DNA of 64,000 nt from Dehalococcoidia bacterium (GTDB lineage: Bacteria > Chloroflexota > Dehalococcoidia > UBA6926): contig OZ250138.1 of the NCBI GenBank assembly GCA_965237465.1, positions 1,814,643 through 1,878,642 on the forward strand. The letters are read 5' to 3'. The translations under genes and the position numbers were made by a program. Each line of letters begins with the position of its first letter. Within the stretch, counting starts at the first letter, position 1. Shown here in pieces: positions 29,527 through 38,216 of the stretch. Under the pieces are notes generated by a model. The model worked only from the letters and a program-made list of their open reading frames with translations, was not told where the DNA came from and made no database searches.

Positions 29527-29554
29527 GCGCCCTGAGCTAGCTAGCTCAGGGCGC
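29527..29554. terminator. Perfect 28-bp palindrome / hairpin downstream of lexA
   Basis: GCGCCCTGAGCTAG|CTAGCTCAGGGCGC, 20 nt after the lexA stop. No U tract. Confidence 0.45.
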
Positions 29555-29650
29555 GCCCTGGCGCTGACAGGCTTACACTGGCGCAATTATTGCCGAAGCC
29601 AGTTGCCCTTTAGAGGGCGAGACGCATCGGCGCTATGGAGCGCTCCTGGT

Positions 29651-29687
29651 GAAAAGCAAAAACGACCGGCCTCTTCGAGGAGGCCGG
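29651..29687 (-). terminator. Intrinsic terminator for the small desulforedoxin-like gene pair
   Basis: On the minus strand: CCGGCCTC-CTCGAA-GAGGCCGG, followed by TCGTTTTTGCTTTTC. It lies 68 nt downstream of the stop at 29755. Confidence 0.7.
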
Positions 29688-29754
29688 AAACTCGGTTGGA
29701 TTTCGCCCTGTAAGGGCAGGCCCGGCTTCTAGATCCAAGCGGACCCGGGTGTCG

Positions 29755-29898
29755 TTAGTCTGCGGAGGGGACGCGGCGCTGCCCCTGCAGCTCCATTTCC
29801 TTGTCGCAGCAGTTGATCACGGCGTCGGAAGCCTTCGTTGCGAGCACCTGCGTGCCGCATGTCTCACACTCATACCGCTTGCCAAGCTGGATCGCCAC
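29755..29898 (-). CDS. Small desulforedoxin-like (CxxC...CC) metal-binding protein
   Basis: 47 aa from GTG 29898, preceded by GGGGAGGA: (M)AIQLGKRYECETCGTQVLATKASDAVINCCDKEMELQGQRRVPSAD. The Cys pattern and spacing match the desulforedoxin fold. Confidence 0.7.
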   Translation of the reverse strand: MAIQLGKRYECETCGTQVLATKASDAVINCCDKEMELQGQRRVPSAD

Positions 29899-29951
29899 TG
29901 TGATTCCTCCCCAATTATGCGCGACTAGCGTCGCGCCCCGAAGACCTCTGG

Positions 29952-30068
29952 TTACTTCTGCGCCATCGTGGATCCGTGGCACGTGAGGTCACCGTCGCCG
30001 CCTTTGGTGACGACAACCTCAACGCCACAGGATGCACAGCCGTACCGCTTGCCCATCTGGTTCGCCAT
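29952..30068 (-). CDS. Small desulforedoxin-like paralog (CxxC...CH variant)
   Basis: 38-aa ORF absent from the ORF track: MANQMGKRYGCASCGVEVVVTKGGDGDLTCHGSTMAQK. It is preceded by GGGGAGAAAGGG and is a paralog of the downstream ORF (MGKRY.C..CG..V..TK). Confidence 0.6.
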   Translation of the reverse strand: MANQMGKRYGCASCGVEVVVTKGGDGDLTCHGSTMAQK

Positions 30069-30162
30069 GTCTCAGACCCTTTCTCCCCACATGAATAGCC
30101 CAACAACACATGATTGGAGCGGGCCGCGACGTCTTCGTCCGACGTTGCGGCCTCGGAGGTCA

Positions 30163-30192
30163 ATTATAGCCGCGCATTCTGAAAGTCGTCAA
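30163..30192 (-). promoter_or_regulatory. Near-consensus sigma-70-type promoter (TTGACG - 18 nt - TATAAT) for the small-protein operon
   Basis: Minus-strand -35 at 30192-30187 and -10 at 30168-30163. This leaves a ~90-nt leader containing a 12-bp hairpin (30122-30152). Confidence 0.6.
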
Positions 30193-30254
30193 ACCGAGGC
30201 AAGCTGCCGAGCTTCCGTTTGCCTTGATCGATTCTTGCCGCCTGATGCGTCCCT

Positions 30255-30596
30255 TTGGACACTGGATCCACGGTGCGCCGGGCGGCTCATGCGAGTACTA
30301 TGGCGGTTATGAGGGAAGACTGGAACGCTGCCTACGCGTTGGTCGGGATCATGATCGGCCTGAAGATCGTTCTGGGCCTGGTCATTTTTGTGTTCATGCC
30401 GATCGGGGAATCGGCCTCACTGTATACAGTCGTGCACCTGAGCGCCATCTTTGGCCTCATCCCGCTGATTGCGCTCTTCGGCGGCGGGGCGCTGTTCTGG
30501 TGGCGTGTGGTGCGACTTCGAATGCGCAGGCGCGAGTTGCTGCGCCTTGAGTGGCAACTGGAAGAGGACGAGCCGCAGCACAACGCCGCCACATAG
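30255..30596 (+). CDS. Small hypothetical membrane protein
   Basis: ORF with two or three hydrophobic segments and a basic/acidic tail. The likely start is the internal ATG at 30300 or 30309. Confidence 0.4.
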   Translation: MDTGSTVRRAAHASTMAVMREDWNAAYALVGIMIGLKIVLGLVIFVFMPIGESASLYTVVHLSAIFGLIPLIALFGGGALFWWRVVRLRMRRRELLRLEWQLEEDEPQHNAAT

Positions 30597-30627
30597 GCGG
30601 ACTCCTTCGCGTTCGGCCTTCCCCTCC

Positions 30628-31713
30628 TCACTCAGCCGCCATAACGTAGCAGCTTGACGCCTTGATGACGGCCCACATGCGGGCCCCCTGAGTGATTCCC
30701 AGTTGCGTGACAGCCCGCCGCGTGACGTGGGACACAAGAGTGAGTCCGCCGCCGCAGTCAAGCGTGACGCCATGGCCCGGCGCATGTGGCTCAACTGCCG
30801 TGACGGTTCCCTCAAGCACGTTTCGCGCGGACAGCCCGCTCGGCGCATCCCGGGCCAGGATGATGTCCGATGCCCGGATGCCGATCGACACCTCGTCGCC
30901 TTCCCGCGCCTCCGCCAACGGCGTTTCCAGGTACGTTTCGGAATCGCCGACCCGGCACACCATCTCCCCGTCTTCCGCCTGAATGCGATGCACGCGCAGA
31001 CGCAGCACGTTTTCCACGCCTGCGAGTCGGGCGATTCGAGGAGATGCCGGCTGCCGCAGAGTCACGATGGGGTCACCCTCGGCCACGGTTCGGCCGCCGT
31101 CAACGATCTGCACGCGATCGGCGAGCGCGAGCGCCTCTTCCGCATCGTGCGTCACCAGGATGACGGGGACTTGCGACGACATGAGCGCATCGCGTATTTC
31201 CTGGCGCACCGCACGACGTAACTCCGGGTCCAACGCCGCAAACGGTTCATCGAGCAGCAGAACGCTCGGCTGTATGGCGAGGGCTCGTGCGAGGGCGACG
31301 CGTTGACGCTGTCCTCCGGATAGCTCCCACGTCCGCCTATGTTCCAGGCCGCCAAGGCCCAGGGCGCCAATCAGCTCCGTAGCACGTCCGCGAGAGTCGC
31401 CGCGGGGCAGTCCATAGGTGATGTTGCCCAACACCGTCAGGTGTGGAAACAACCCGTATTCCTGCGGCATGAATCCGACGCCCCGCCGGTGAGGCGGCGT
31501 CCAGATTCCGGTTTGGTGATCAAAAACGACATCGCCGTCCAGCTCAATGTGGCCCTCTGCGGGCCGCGTCAGTCCGGCGATTGTGCGCAGGGTGAGGGAC
31601 TTTCCGGCGCCGGAGGGTCCGTAGAGGGCCATGACGGCGCCCGGCTCGGCGCGCCAGGCAATGTCCAATGTGAAGTCGCCAACCTGATGCCGGACCCACC
31701 CGTTCGCGCTCAT
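30628..31713 (-). CDS. modC: Molybdate ABC transporter ATP-binding protein with a C-terminal TOBE domain
   Basis: Walker A GPSGAGKS, signature LSGGQRQRVALARA, Walker B LLLDEP. The ATG at 31713 overlaps the modB stop (ATGA). The upstream part of the 457-aa track ORF is a read-through artefact. Confidence 0.9.
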   Translation of the reverse strand: MSANGWVRHQVGDFTLDIAWRAEPGAVMALYGPSGAGKSLTLRTIAGLTRPAEGHIELDGDVVFDHQTGIWTPPHRRGVGFMPQEYGLFPHLTVLGNITYGLPRGDSRGRATELIGALGLGGLEHRRTWELSGGQRQRVALARALAIQPSVLLLDEPFAALDPELRRAVRQEIRDALMSSQVPVILVTHDAEEALALADRVQIVDGGRTVAEGDPIVTLRQPASPRIARLAGVENVLRLRVHRIQAEDGEMVCRVGDSETYLETPLAEAREGDEVSIGIRASDIILARDAPSGLSARNVLEGTVTAVEPHAPGHGVTLDCGGGLTLVSHVTRRAVTQLGITQGARMWAVIKASSCYVMAAE

Positions 31714-32525
31714 TGAAGCCGCCCCGCCGGAAGCGATGCTCGTGATGCAACGACCGTCAGCACGAGCAGGACGAGAAGCGAAGCGGCAAGGAGCATCACG
31801 GCCAACGCGAGGGCCGCGCCGACGTCGCTTTCCATTGCGCTCAGGATTGCCAGCGGCATTGTCTGAGTGCGCCCGATAAAGTTCCCGGCGAACATGATCG
31901 TCGCGCCGAACTCGGAGAGCGCCCGCGCCCATGACAGCGCCAGACCGCCAATGACGGAAGGCCAGGCTAGGGGAAGCGTCAGACGCCAGAATGTCCGCCA
32001 AGGCGACATGCCTAGGGTCTGGGAAATCTCCTCCAACCCCGTCGGGACGCTCTGAAAGCCCAGCTTTGCGGCGCGAATATAGAACGGCGCGGAGACGAAT
32101 ATCTGCGCGATGACGACGGCGGCCGTTGTGAAGGGCAATGTGACTCCCGCATCCTCCAGCAGGCCGCCAAGGTAGCTCTGCCGTCCGAACGCCATGAGCA
32201 TCGCCAGCCCCGCCACGACAGGCGGCAACACGAGTGGCAGGTCAATAAGCACGTCCGCAATGCGTCCTCCGGCGCCGCCTCGTCGCGCAAGATAATAGGC
32301 GATGGGCGTTCCAATTGCGACGATGATGACCATACTGACCGCGCTTGTCGCCAGCGAAAGACGCAGCGCGGTCGCGGCGATTTCGCTTGTGAGGCTTGTT
32401 GAGAGGCCGCCTGAGAATGCCCGAATGATCAGCGCGGCGAGCGGCAGGCCGATGAACGCGATGTAGATGCCCGTCATCACTCCGCCGGCGGGGAGCCACA
32501 ACCTCCGTGAGCCAAAGGGGTTCAT
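31710..32525 (-). CDS. modB: Molybdate ABC transporter permease
   Basis: 271-aa ORF, multi-TM, with an EAA-like loop (ARALSEFGATIMFAGN). Confidence 0.9.
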   Translation of the reverse strand: MNPFGSRRLWLPAGGVMTGIYIAFIGLPLAALIIRAFSGGLSTSLTSEIAATALRLSLATSAVSMVIIVAIGTPIAYYLARRGGAGGRIADVLIDLPLVLPPVVAGLAMLMAFGRQSYLGGLLEDAGVTLPFTTAAVVIAQIFVSAPFYIRAAKLGFQSVPTGLEEISQTLGMSPWRTFWRLTLPLAWPSVIGGLALSWARALSEFGATIMFAGNFIGRTQTMPLAILSAMESDVGAALALAVMLLAASLLVLLVLTVVASRASLPAGRLQ

Positions 32526-33373
32526 TGTCGCGCCTCAGATGTCGCGGGAGCGGCGTCGTTCACGAGTGATTCGGGCGGTGGCAAGAATCCGTGCTGTTGA
32601 AGAATCTCCTGGCCGCGGGCTGAGTGGAGGTAGTCGAGGAAGCGATAGGCAAGGATGGCGTCCTGCGCGCTTGCGAGAACGGCTGCGGTGTAGGCGATCT
32701 TCGCCTGGGCGGAGGCCGGGAACTGAATTGCATCAAGCTGCGCGCCCCGCGCATCGGTCTGATACACGAATCCGGCATCAGCCTCTCCAAGGGAGACCTT
32801 TGCCAGAACGCTCCGCACATTAGTCTCCTCAGACACTATGTTGGCCAAGACGGCCTGCGAATACCCGGCGCCAAGGCCGGGCATGGAGTCCAACGTTGCC
32901 AGGGCTTCACGCGCGTACGCCCCGGCGGGCGTCTGCGGCAACGCGATGACCAGCCGCAAGCCGGGCTGGGCCAGATCCGCAAGTCCCTGGAGTGTCCGGC
33001 CTGAATCGGCAAGCGCTACGACGAGCTTATTCGAGGCAAAGGCCCGGGGCTCGCCTGACAAGAGACCGGAGTCCGCCGCCGCTTCCATTTGTCGCCAATC
33101 AGCCGCCAGGAACAGATCGGCCTGCGCCCCCTGTTCCAACTGCGCGCGCAACAGCGCGCTGCCCGCGTAGTGCGTCTCTATGCTTATCCCTTCCCGCTCT
33201 GATTCAAAGGCGGTCCCGACTTCCTGAATGGCGTCTGTCAATGAGGACGCCGCAAAGACGACGAGCGTGGACTGCCCGTTCCCGCCCGCGCCGCAACCGG
33301 CTGAAAGAAAGACAAGCAGGAGCGGCAAGGCCATAGTACGAATAAGGCTCAATTTGCGTGAAGGGCTCGTCAC
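32522..33373 (-). CDS. modA: Molybdate-binding periplasmic protein (lipoprotein)
   Basis: Signal/lipobox (LVFLSAGC), a ModA-like pattern (VFAAASL..A), and operon context with modBC. Confidence 0.85.
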   Translation of the reverse strand: MTSPSRKLSLIRTMALPLLLVFLSAGCGAGGNGQSTLVVFAASSLTDAIQEVGTAFESEREGISIETHYAGSALLRAQLEQGAQADLFLAADWRQMEAAADSGLLSGEPRAFASNKLVVALADSGRTLQGLADLAQPGLRLVIALPQTPAGAYAREALATLDSMPGLGAGYSQAVLANIVSEETNVRSVLAKVSLGEADAGFVYQTDARGAQLDAIQFPASAQAKIAYTAAVLASAQDAILAYRFLDYLHSARGQEILQQHGFLPPPESLVNDAAPATSEARQ

Positions 33374-33512
33374 GGTACTGACTTATTCTAACCCGCGCTA
33401 ACAGAGGCGGGCCGAAAGCGGCGCGATAGTCGGGCTCTTGAACGGACAACGCCGACCTTGTCTCCTGCGTCTGCGTTCGCATCCGACTAGCATGGTCTTG
33501 TATCATCTGGGC

Positions 33513-34298
33513 ATGGCGACGCAGGTGCTTTCATGGAACGTCAACGGCTTGCGGGCCGTTCATCGAAGGGGACAGTTTCTGGACCTTCTTGAGGAGGCGT
33601 CGCCGGATATACTCTGCATTCAGGAGACAAAATCGAGACCGGATCAGCTGGCGAAGGAATTGCTGGAGGTTCCGGGTTACTCCGCCCACTTTAGTTCCGC
33701 AGAGCGGGCTGGGTACTCCGGCGTCGGCGTCTATAGCAGGGTGGAGCCTCAAAACGTATCGCGGACCTTTGGGCCCGATGACAAGTGGGATAGCGAAGGC
33801 CGCGTGCTGGCGTTGGATTACGGCGAATTCATACTCTACAACGTGTATTTCCCGAATGGCCGGTCCTCCAAGCAACGCCTCGCGTACAAGATGGAGTTCT
33901 ATCAAGCCTTCCTAGAGCACATTGATGCGGAACGCAAGGCGGGACGAAACGTCATTGTGTGCGGCGACGTGAATACGGCGCACGCGGAGATTGATCTGGC
34001 GCGCCCGGTGGAGAATCGAAAGACCTCCGGATTTCTGCCGGAGGAACGAGAGTGGATGGACCGGCTGTTTGAGCGTGGTTTCGTCGATACCTTCCGCAGA
34101 TTCGTGCCGGACGAGAATGGCCACTACTCGTACTGGGACACCATGACTCGCGCCCGTGAGCGCAACGTCGGATGGAGAATCGACTATTTCTTCGTCAATT
34201 CGGAGATGATGGACAGCGTGTCCAACGCATTCATCCGGCCGGACGTCATGGGATCCGACCATTGTCCCGTTGGTCTTGAGTTGTCATTGAATCTATAG
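33513..34298 (+). CDS. xth: Exodeoxyribonuclease III
   Basis: SWNVNGLRA, CIQETK, GDVNTAH and SDHCPV motifs. The internal ATG at 33513 is preferred. Confidence 0.9.
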   Translation: MATQVLSWNVNGLRAVHRRGQFLDLLEEASPDILCIQETKSRPDQLAKELLEVPGYSAHFSSAERAGYSGVGVYSRVEPQNVSRTFGPDDKWDSEGRVLALDYGEFILYNVYFPNGRSSKQRLAYKMEFYQAFLEHIDAERKAGRNVIVCGDVNTAHAEIDLARPVENRKTSGFLPEEREWMDRLFERGFVDTFRRFVPDENGHYSYWDTMTRARERNVGWRIDYFFVNSEMMDSVSNAFIRPDVMGSDHCPVGLELSLNL

Positions 34299-34346
34299 CG
34301 GTCCTTATGCATCGCGCTGGAGTTCAATCTCCGTTACCGTAGGCGC

Positions 34347-35840
34347 ATGACTGCCTTTTCAAGCAGACCGCTCCACCACGTCAGGCGCACCAAGATAATC
34401 GCCACCATTGGCCCCGCGTCCGAAGATGAGGCGACCCTGACGCGGCTGATAGAGGCCGGCGTCGATACATTCAGGCTAAATTTCTCCCACGGAACGCTGG
34501 AGAGCCACGCCGAGGCCGTGCGGCGTGTGCGGCGCATCTCAGAGCGGTTGGGAAGGGCTGTCGGCGTCCTTCAAGACCTCCAGGGGCCCCGGCTCAGGAC
34601 TGGCGCCCTTTGCGGCGGCAATCCGGTTTTCCTTGAGACGGGAAAGCCTCTCGTCCTGACGACGAATGATTGGCCGGAAGGCACTGCGGACAAGGTGGGG
34701 ATCAATCATGCACAGCTGCCGCAGGACGTGAGGCCGGGCGACCGGCTGCTGTTGGCGGACGGCGCGCTGGAGCTTGAGGTAACCGGCAGCGATGAGACGG
34801 ATATCCAAACCATCGTGAGGCACGGGGGAGAGCTTGGAGAGCGCAAGGGAATCAACGCCCCCGGCGTCCCGCTAAGCGTCGTTTCGCCAACGGAAAAGGA
34901 CCGGGTGGACATCGCCCATGGCGTCTCCATGGGCGTGGATCACATCGCGCTCTCTTTTGTGCGGACACCCGAGGATATTGAGGCGACGCGGCGCATCCTT
35001 ACGACGCTTGGCGCGCCGCATGTTCCCATCATCGCAAAGCTTGAACGCGCGGAGTCCCTCGCCAATCTTGACGACATTCTGGCCGTTTCTGACGGCGTTA
35101 TGGTCGCGCGGGGCGATCTGGGGGTAGACCTCGGCGTGGAAGTTGTTCCGATGTTCCAGAAGAGCATCGTTCACGAGGCGAATAGGGTGCGCGTCCCTGT
35201 CATCGTCGCCACGCAAATGCTGGAGTCAATGATCGGCAACCGGCGTCCGACGCGCGCAGAGGCCTCGGACGTGGCCAACGCGCTGTTGGATGGGGCCGAC
35301 GCCGTCATGTTGAGCGCTGAAACGGCGATCGGGCAGTACGCCGTCGAGTCGGTGAGAACGATGGTGCAGATTATTCGCGAAGTAGAGACAAACGAAGAGT
35401 ATGAGGCGGTGTCCCTGCGGGCGGCCTCGGATGACCCCTCGCCAAGCCCGGATCGCAAGATCGCGCACGCAGTGGTGGGGCTGCTTGCCGATCTCAGGGC
35501 TGCGGCCCTCATTGTATTCAGTTCCGATGATTACATACCGCGACTGCTCTCATCAGAGCGTCCGCGCGCTCCCGTCATTAGCTTCACGGACAGCCGGGCT
35601 CTGTATCGCCGTATGGCGCTCCTGCACTCCATTGAACCGCAACGCGGACGATTCTTCGAAGACACGGATGAACTTGTGGAATACATGCTGTCCGCAGCGC
35701 TGGCGCGAGGTCTGGTGTACGTTGGCGAACAAGTCGTCGTTGCCCGGCTCGCGCCGCATGACGATCTCAGACTGCCCAGCTTCATCACAGTTCTTGAGGT
35801 TTCAACGGACCTGCATCTGCGCTCATACGGCGCCCGCTGA
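34347..35840 (+). CDS. pyk: Pyruvate kinase
   Basis: RRTKIIATIGPAS, NFSHG, MVARGDLGVE and ATQMLESM motifs. Confidence 0.95.
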   Translation: MTAFSSRPLHHVRRTKIIATIGPASEDEATLTRLIEAGVDTFRLNFSHGTLESHAEAVRRVRRISERLGRAVGVLQDLQGPRLRTGALCGGNPVFLETGKPLVLTTNDWPEGTADKVGINHAQLPQDVRPGDRLLLADGALELEVTGSDETDIQTIVRHGGELGERKGINAPGVPLSVVSPTEKDRVDIAHGVSMGVDHIALSFVRTPEDIEATRRILTTLGAPHVPIIAKLERAESLANLDDILAVSDGVMVARGDLGVDLGVEVVPMFQKSIVHEANRVRVPVIVATQMLESMIGNRRPTRAEASDVANALLDGADAVMLSAETAIGQYAVESVRTMVQIIREVETNEEYEAVSLRAASDDPSPSPDRKIAHAVVGLLADLRAAALIVFSSDDYIPRLLSSERPRAPVISFTDSRALYRRMALLHSIEPQRGRFFEDTDELVEYMLSAALARGLVYVGEQVVVARLAPHDDLRLPSFITVLEVSTDLHLRSYGAR

Positions 35841-35881
35841 TCCTCTCGGGAAGCCCGCCCGTGGCATTGCATACAACCTTC

Positions 35882-35909
35882 TTGACTTGCCAATGCGCTG
35901 TCATATGCT
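35882..35909 (+). promoter_or_regulatory. Candidate greA promoter (TTGACT - 16 nt - TATGCT)
   Basis: Hexamers at 35882-35887 and 35904-35909 in the pyk-greA intergenic region. Confidence 0.35.
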
Positions 35910-36083
35910 GACAGTGGTTGGGGGGCACGCGCAAGAACGCGTGCTTCAGGGGCAGCCGCCGTGAGCCGCTTGGCAGTGAATTCAGGTTCGTGCGAGAGCA
36001 AGAGCGGAACTGACTGCCCAGGACTGGCGGCAACCATTTTTGCGCGTGTCTGCTATGCGCCCGCAACACAAGGAGCGATCGCA

Positions 36084-36554
36084 ATGGCGCAGAAGGAAAC
36101 GTATCTCACCAGGGAGGGCCTGGCCAAGCTGGAGGGGGAACTTGAGCACCTTCGCTCGGTTCTTCGCGTCGAGGCGGCTGAGCGGCTCCACAGCCTGAAG
36201 GAACTCACCGGCACTGAGGACAACGCCGACTATGAAGACGCCAGGATGGATCAGGCTTTCGTGGAAGGCCGCATTCTGGAGCTTGAGACGATTCTCAACA
36301 ACCCGGTGATCATAGAGGAGCGCCACGCGGAGGGCGGCGTCGTCCGCATCGGCGCGCGGATCACGGTTCGCGATGAGAGCGGCGAGGTGGAGACGTACAC
36401 GTTGGTAGGCGTCGCGGAGGCGGGCGCCATGCAAGGACGCATCTCCAATGAGTCGCCAGTCGGAGGCGCCGTCCTCGGCCGCAAGGTCGGAGACACCGTA
36501 AACGTCGCCGTACCGGATGGCACGCTGGTCTACACGATTGTGGCCGTTGAATAG
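36084..36554 (+). CDS. greA: Transcription elongation factor GreA
   Basis: MAQKETYLTREGLAKLEGELEHL... coiled-coil with the acidic tip DNADYEDA, plus a C-terminal globular domain. AAGGAG precedes the ATG at 36084. Confidence 0.9.
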   Translation: MAQKETYLTREGLAKLEGELEHLRSVLRVEAAERLHSLKELTGTEDNADYEDARMDQAFVEGRILELETILNNPVIIEERHAEGGVVRIGARITVRDESGEVETYTLVGVAEAGAMQGRISNESPVGGAVLGRKVGDTVNVAVPDGTLVYTIVAVE

Positions 36555-36599
36555 GTCAAGGGGCCGGAAGCGCGCCGCTGGGCCGCGGGCGGCGTCATA

Positions 36600-38105
36600 A
36601 TGCCGCCGGATGAGGCGCACGCCCCTCGGGAGCTGGAAGGGGATCCGCTTTCTGCGCCCCGCATCGCCAAGCTTGATCGCCTTCGAGAGCAGGGCCTTGA
36701 CCCCTATCCCCGCCGCGTCACGAGGACCCACTCTGTTGCAGAGGCCCGGGCGCTCATGGAGTCCGAGGCCGGGGAAAGCCAGCGCGTCGCGATTGCGGGG
36801 AGGCTCATCACCATCAGGGGCATGGGCCGACTTACATTCGCGACCATTCGCGACGGGAGCGGACAGATTCAACTGAGCTTCGCACGGGACACGCTTGAGG
36901 AAGCGGAGTACCAGAACACCAAGAACCTCGACCTGGGCGACTTTATTGGCGCGGAGGGCACGCTGTTTCGCACACGGACGGGGGAGATAACGGTGTCGGT
37001 GGCTTCTTACGCCATGCTCGCAAAGGCGCTGCGTCCCCCGCCGGAGAAATGGCACGGACTCCGCGACGTTGAGCAACGATACAGGCAGCGCTATCTGGAT
37101 CTCATGGCCAACTCCGAGGTGCGCGACATCTTCCGCGCCCGGAGCATCATCGTCTCCGCCATTCGCCGGTTCATGGAGGATCGCGGTTTTCTGGAGGCGG
37201 AGACGCCCATCCTTGTGCCAATCCCCGCCGGCGCCATGGCCCTGCCGTTCATCACGAGGCACAACGCTCTTGACCGGCAGTTGTATCTGCGCATTGCGAC
37301 GGAGCTCAACCTCAAGAGGCTGCTTGTCGGTGGGTTTGACAAGGTCTTTGAGATTGGCCGTATCTTTCGGAATGAGGGCATTGACGCCTCGCACAACCCG
37401 GAATTCACGACTATGGAGTCCTACGAAGCCTATGCGTCATACGTGGATGTCATGGAGATGGTTGAGACGCTTGTCCACTCGCTCTGCGTCTTAACACGCG
37501 GCCAGCCCACTGTGGAGTACGAGGGCCACACAATCGATTTCACGCCGCCGTGGCAACGCGTCTCCCTCATTGACGCCATCAAGGAATGGAGCGGGATTGA
37601 TCTGCTGGATGATGAAATGCGGACGGCCGCAGGTCTTCGCCGGGCGATGCGTGATTTTGGTCTGACGCCTGCCGAGGACACCTCTTGGCCACAGCTCGCC
37701 GACAAGCTCATTGGCGACCTGGTTGAGCCTCGCCTTATAGAGCCGACTTTCCTCACCGATTACCCAATTGAGATGACGCCCCTCGCAAAGGCCACCGCCG
37801 ATGATCCGAGACTCGTTGAGCGATTCGAGGGATTTGTGGGCGGCATGGAGATTGCCAACTCCTTCACGGAGCTGAATGACCCGCTGGAACAGGCGGCAAG
37901 GCTGCGAGCCCAGGAGGAGAATCGCCGGGAATTCGGCGAAGAGGACTTTGACCGGCTCGATGAGGATTTTGTCACTGCAGTTGAGCACGGAATGCCGCCC
38001 GCCGGCGGCCTCGGCCTCGGTATAGATAGGGTTGTCATGCTCCTTACTGGCCAGTCGGCCATTCGGGAGGTGGTCCTGTTTCCCCAACTCCGCAACATTG
38101 AATAG
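36600..38105 (+). CDS. lysS: Lysine--tRNA ligase (class II)
   Basis: OB anticodon domain plus class II motifs (FRNEG.D..HNPEFT, GGLGLGIDRVVML). Confidence 0.95.
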   Translation: MPPDEAHAPRELEGDPLSAPRIAKLDRLREQGLDPYPRRVTRTHSVAEARALMESEAGESQRVAIAGRLITIRGMGRLTFATIRDGSGQIQLSFARDTLEEAEYQNTKNLDLGDFIGAEGTLFRTRTGEITVSVASYAMLAKALRPPPEKWHGLRDVEQRYRQRYLDLMANSEVRDIFRARSIIVSAIRRFMEDRGFLEAETPILVPIPAGAMALPFITRHNALDRQLYLRIATELNLKRLLVGGFDKVFEIGRIFRNEGIDASHNPEFTTMESYEAYASYVDVMEMVETLVHSLCVLTRGQPTVEYEGHTIDFTPPWQRVSLIDAIKEWSGIDLLDDEMRTAAGLRRAMRDFGLTPAEDTSWPQLADKLIGDLVEPRLIEPTFLTDYPIEMTPLAKATADDPRLVERFEGFVGGMEIANSFTELNDPLEQAARLRAQEENRREFGEEDFDRLDEDFVTAVEHGMPPAGGLGLGIDRVVMLLTGQSAIREVVLFPQLRNIE

Positions 38106-38216
38106 CGGGAAGATGTCACTCGCGACGCTCAGCGGCTCTCGTAGCGCCAGACCCCGTCTGCAAGCCCTCGCCCGTCGCCAACTACGGCAACTGTCGACGA
38201 GAGGCGCGTCCGCGGA

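Noticed and set aside
30628-32001. 457-aa version of modC with a 95-aa N-terminal extension overlapping modB.
   Set aside because: The extension is Arg/Gly-rich with no homology pattern. The ATG at 31713 gives a canonical ModC N-terminus and an ATGA overlap with the modB stop.
33374-33512. Molybdenum-cofactor riboswitch upstream of modA.
   Set aside because: The region is about 140 bp and is shared with the divergent xth promoter. I could not find the conserved Moco-RNA core motifs. The question stays open only at the level of a formal cmsearch.
36555-36599. T-box leaders upstream of lysS (36555-36599) and metG (48395-48511, minus strand).
   Set aside because: These intergenic regions are about 45 nt and about 117 nt. 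That is too short for a T-box riboswitch, and I saw no T-box consensus.
35982-37394. 470-aa minus-strand ORF antisense to greA and lysS.
   Set aside because: It has no recognisable protein features and low-complexity, Arg/Ala/Gly-rich composition. It lies entirely opposite two well-supported genes. This is the typical long shadow ORF of a high-GC genome.
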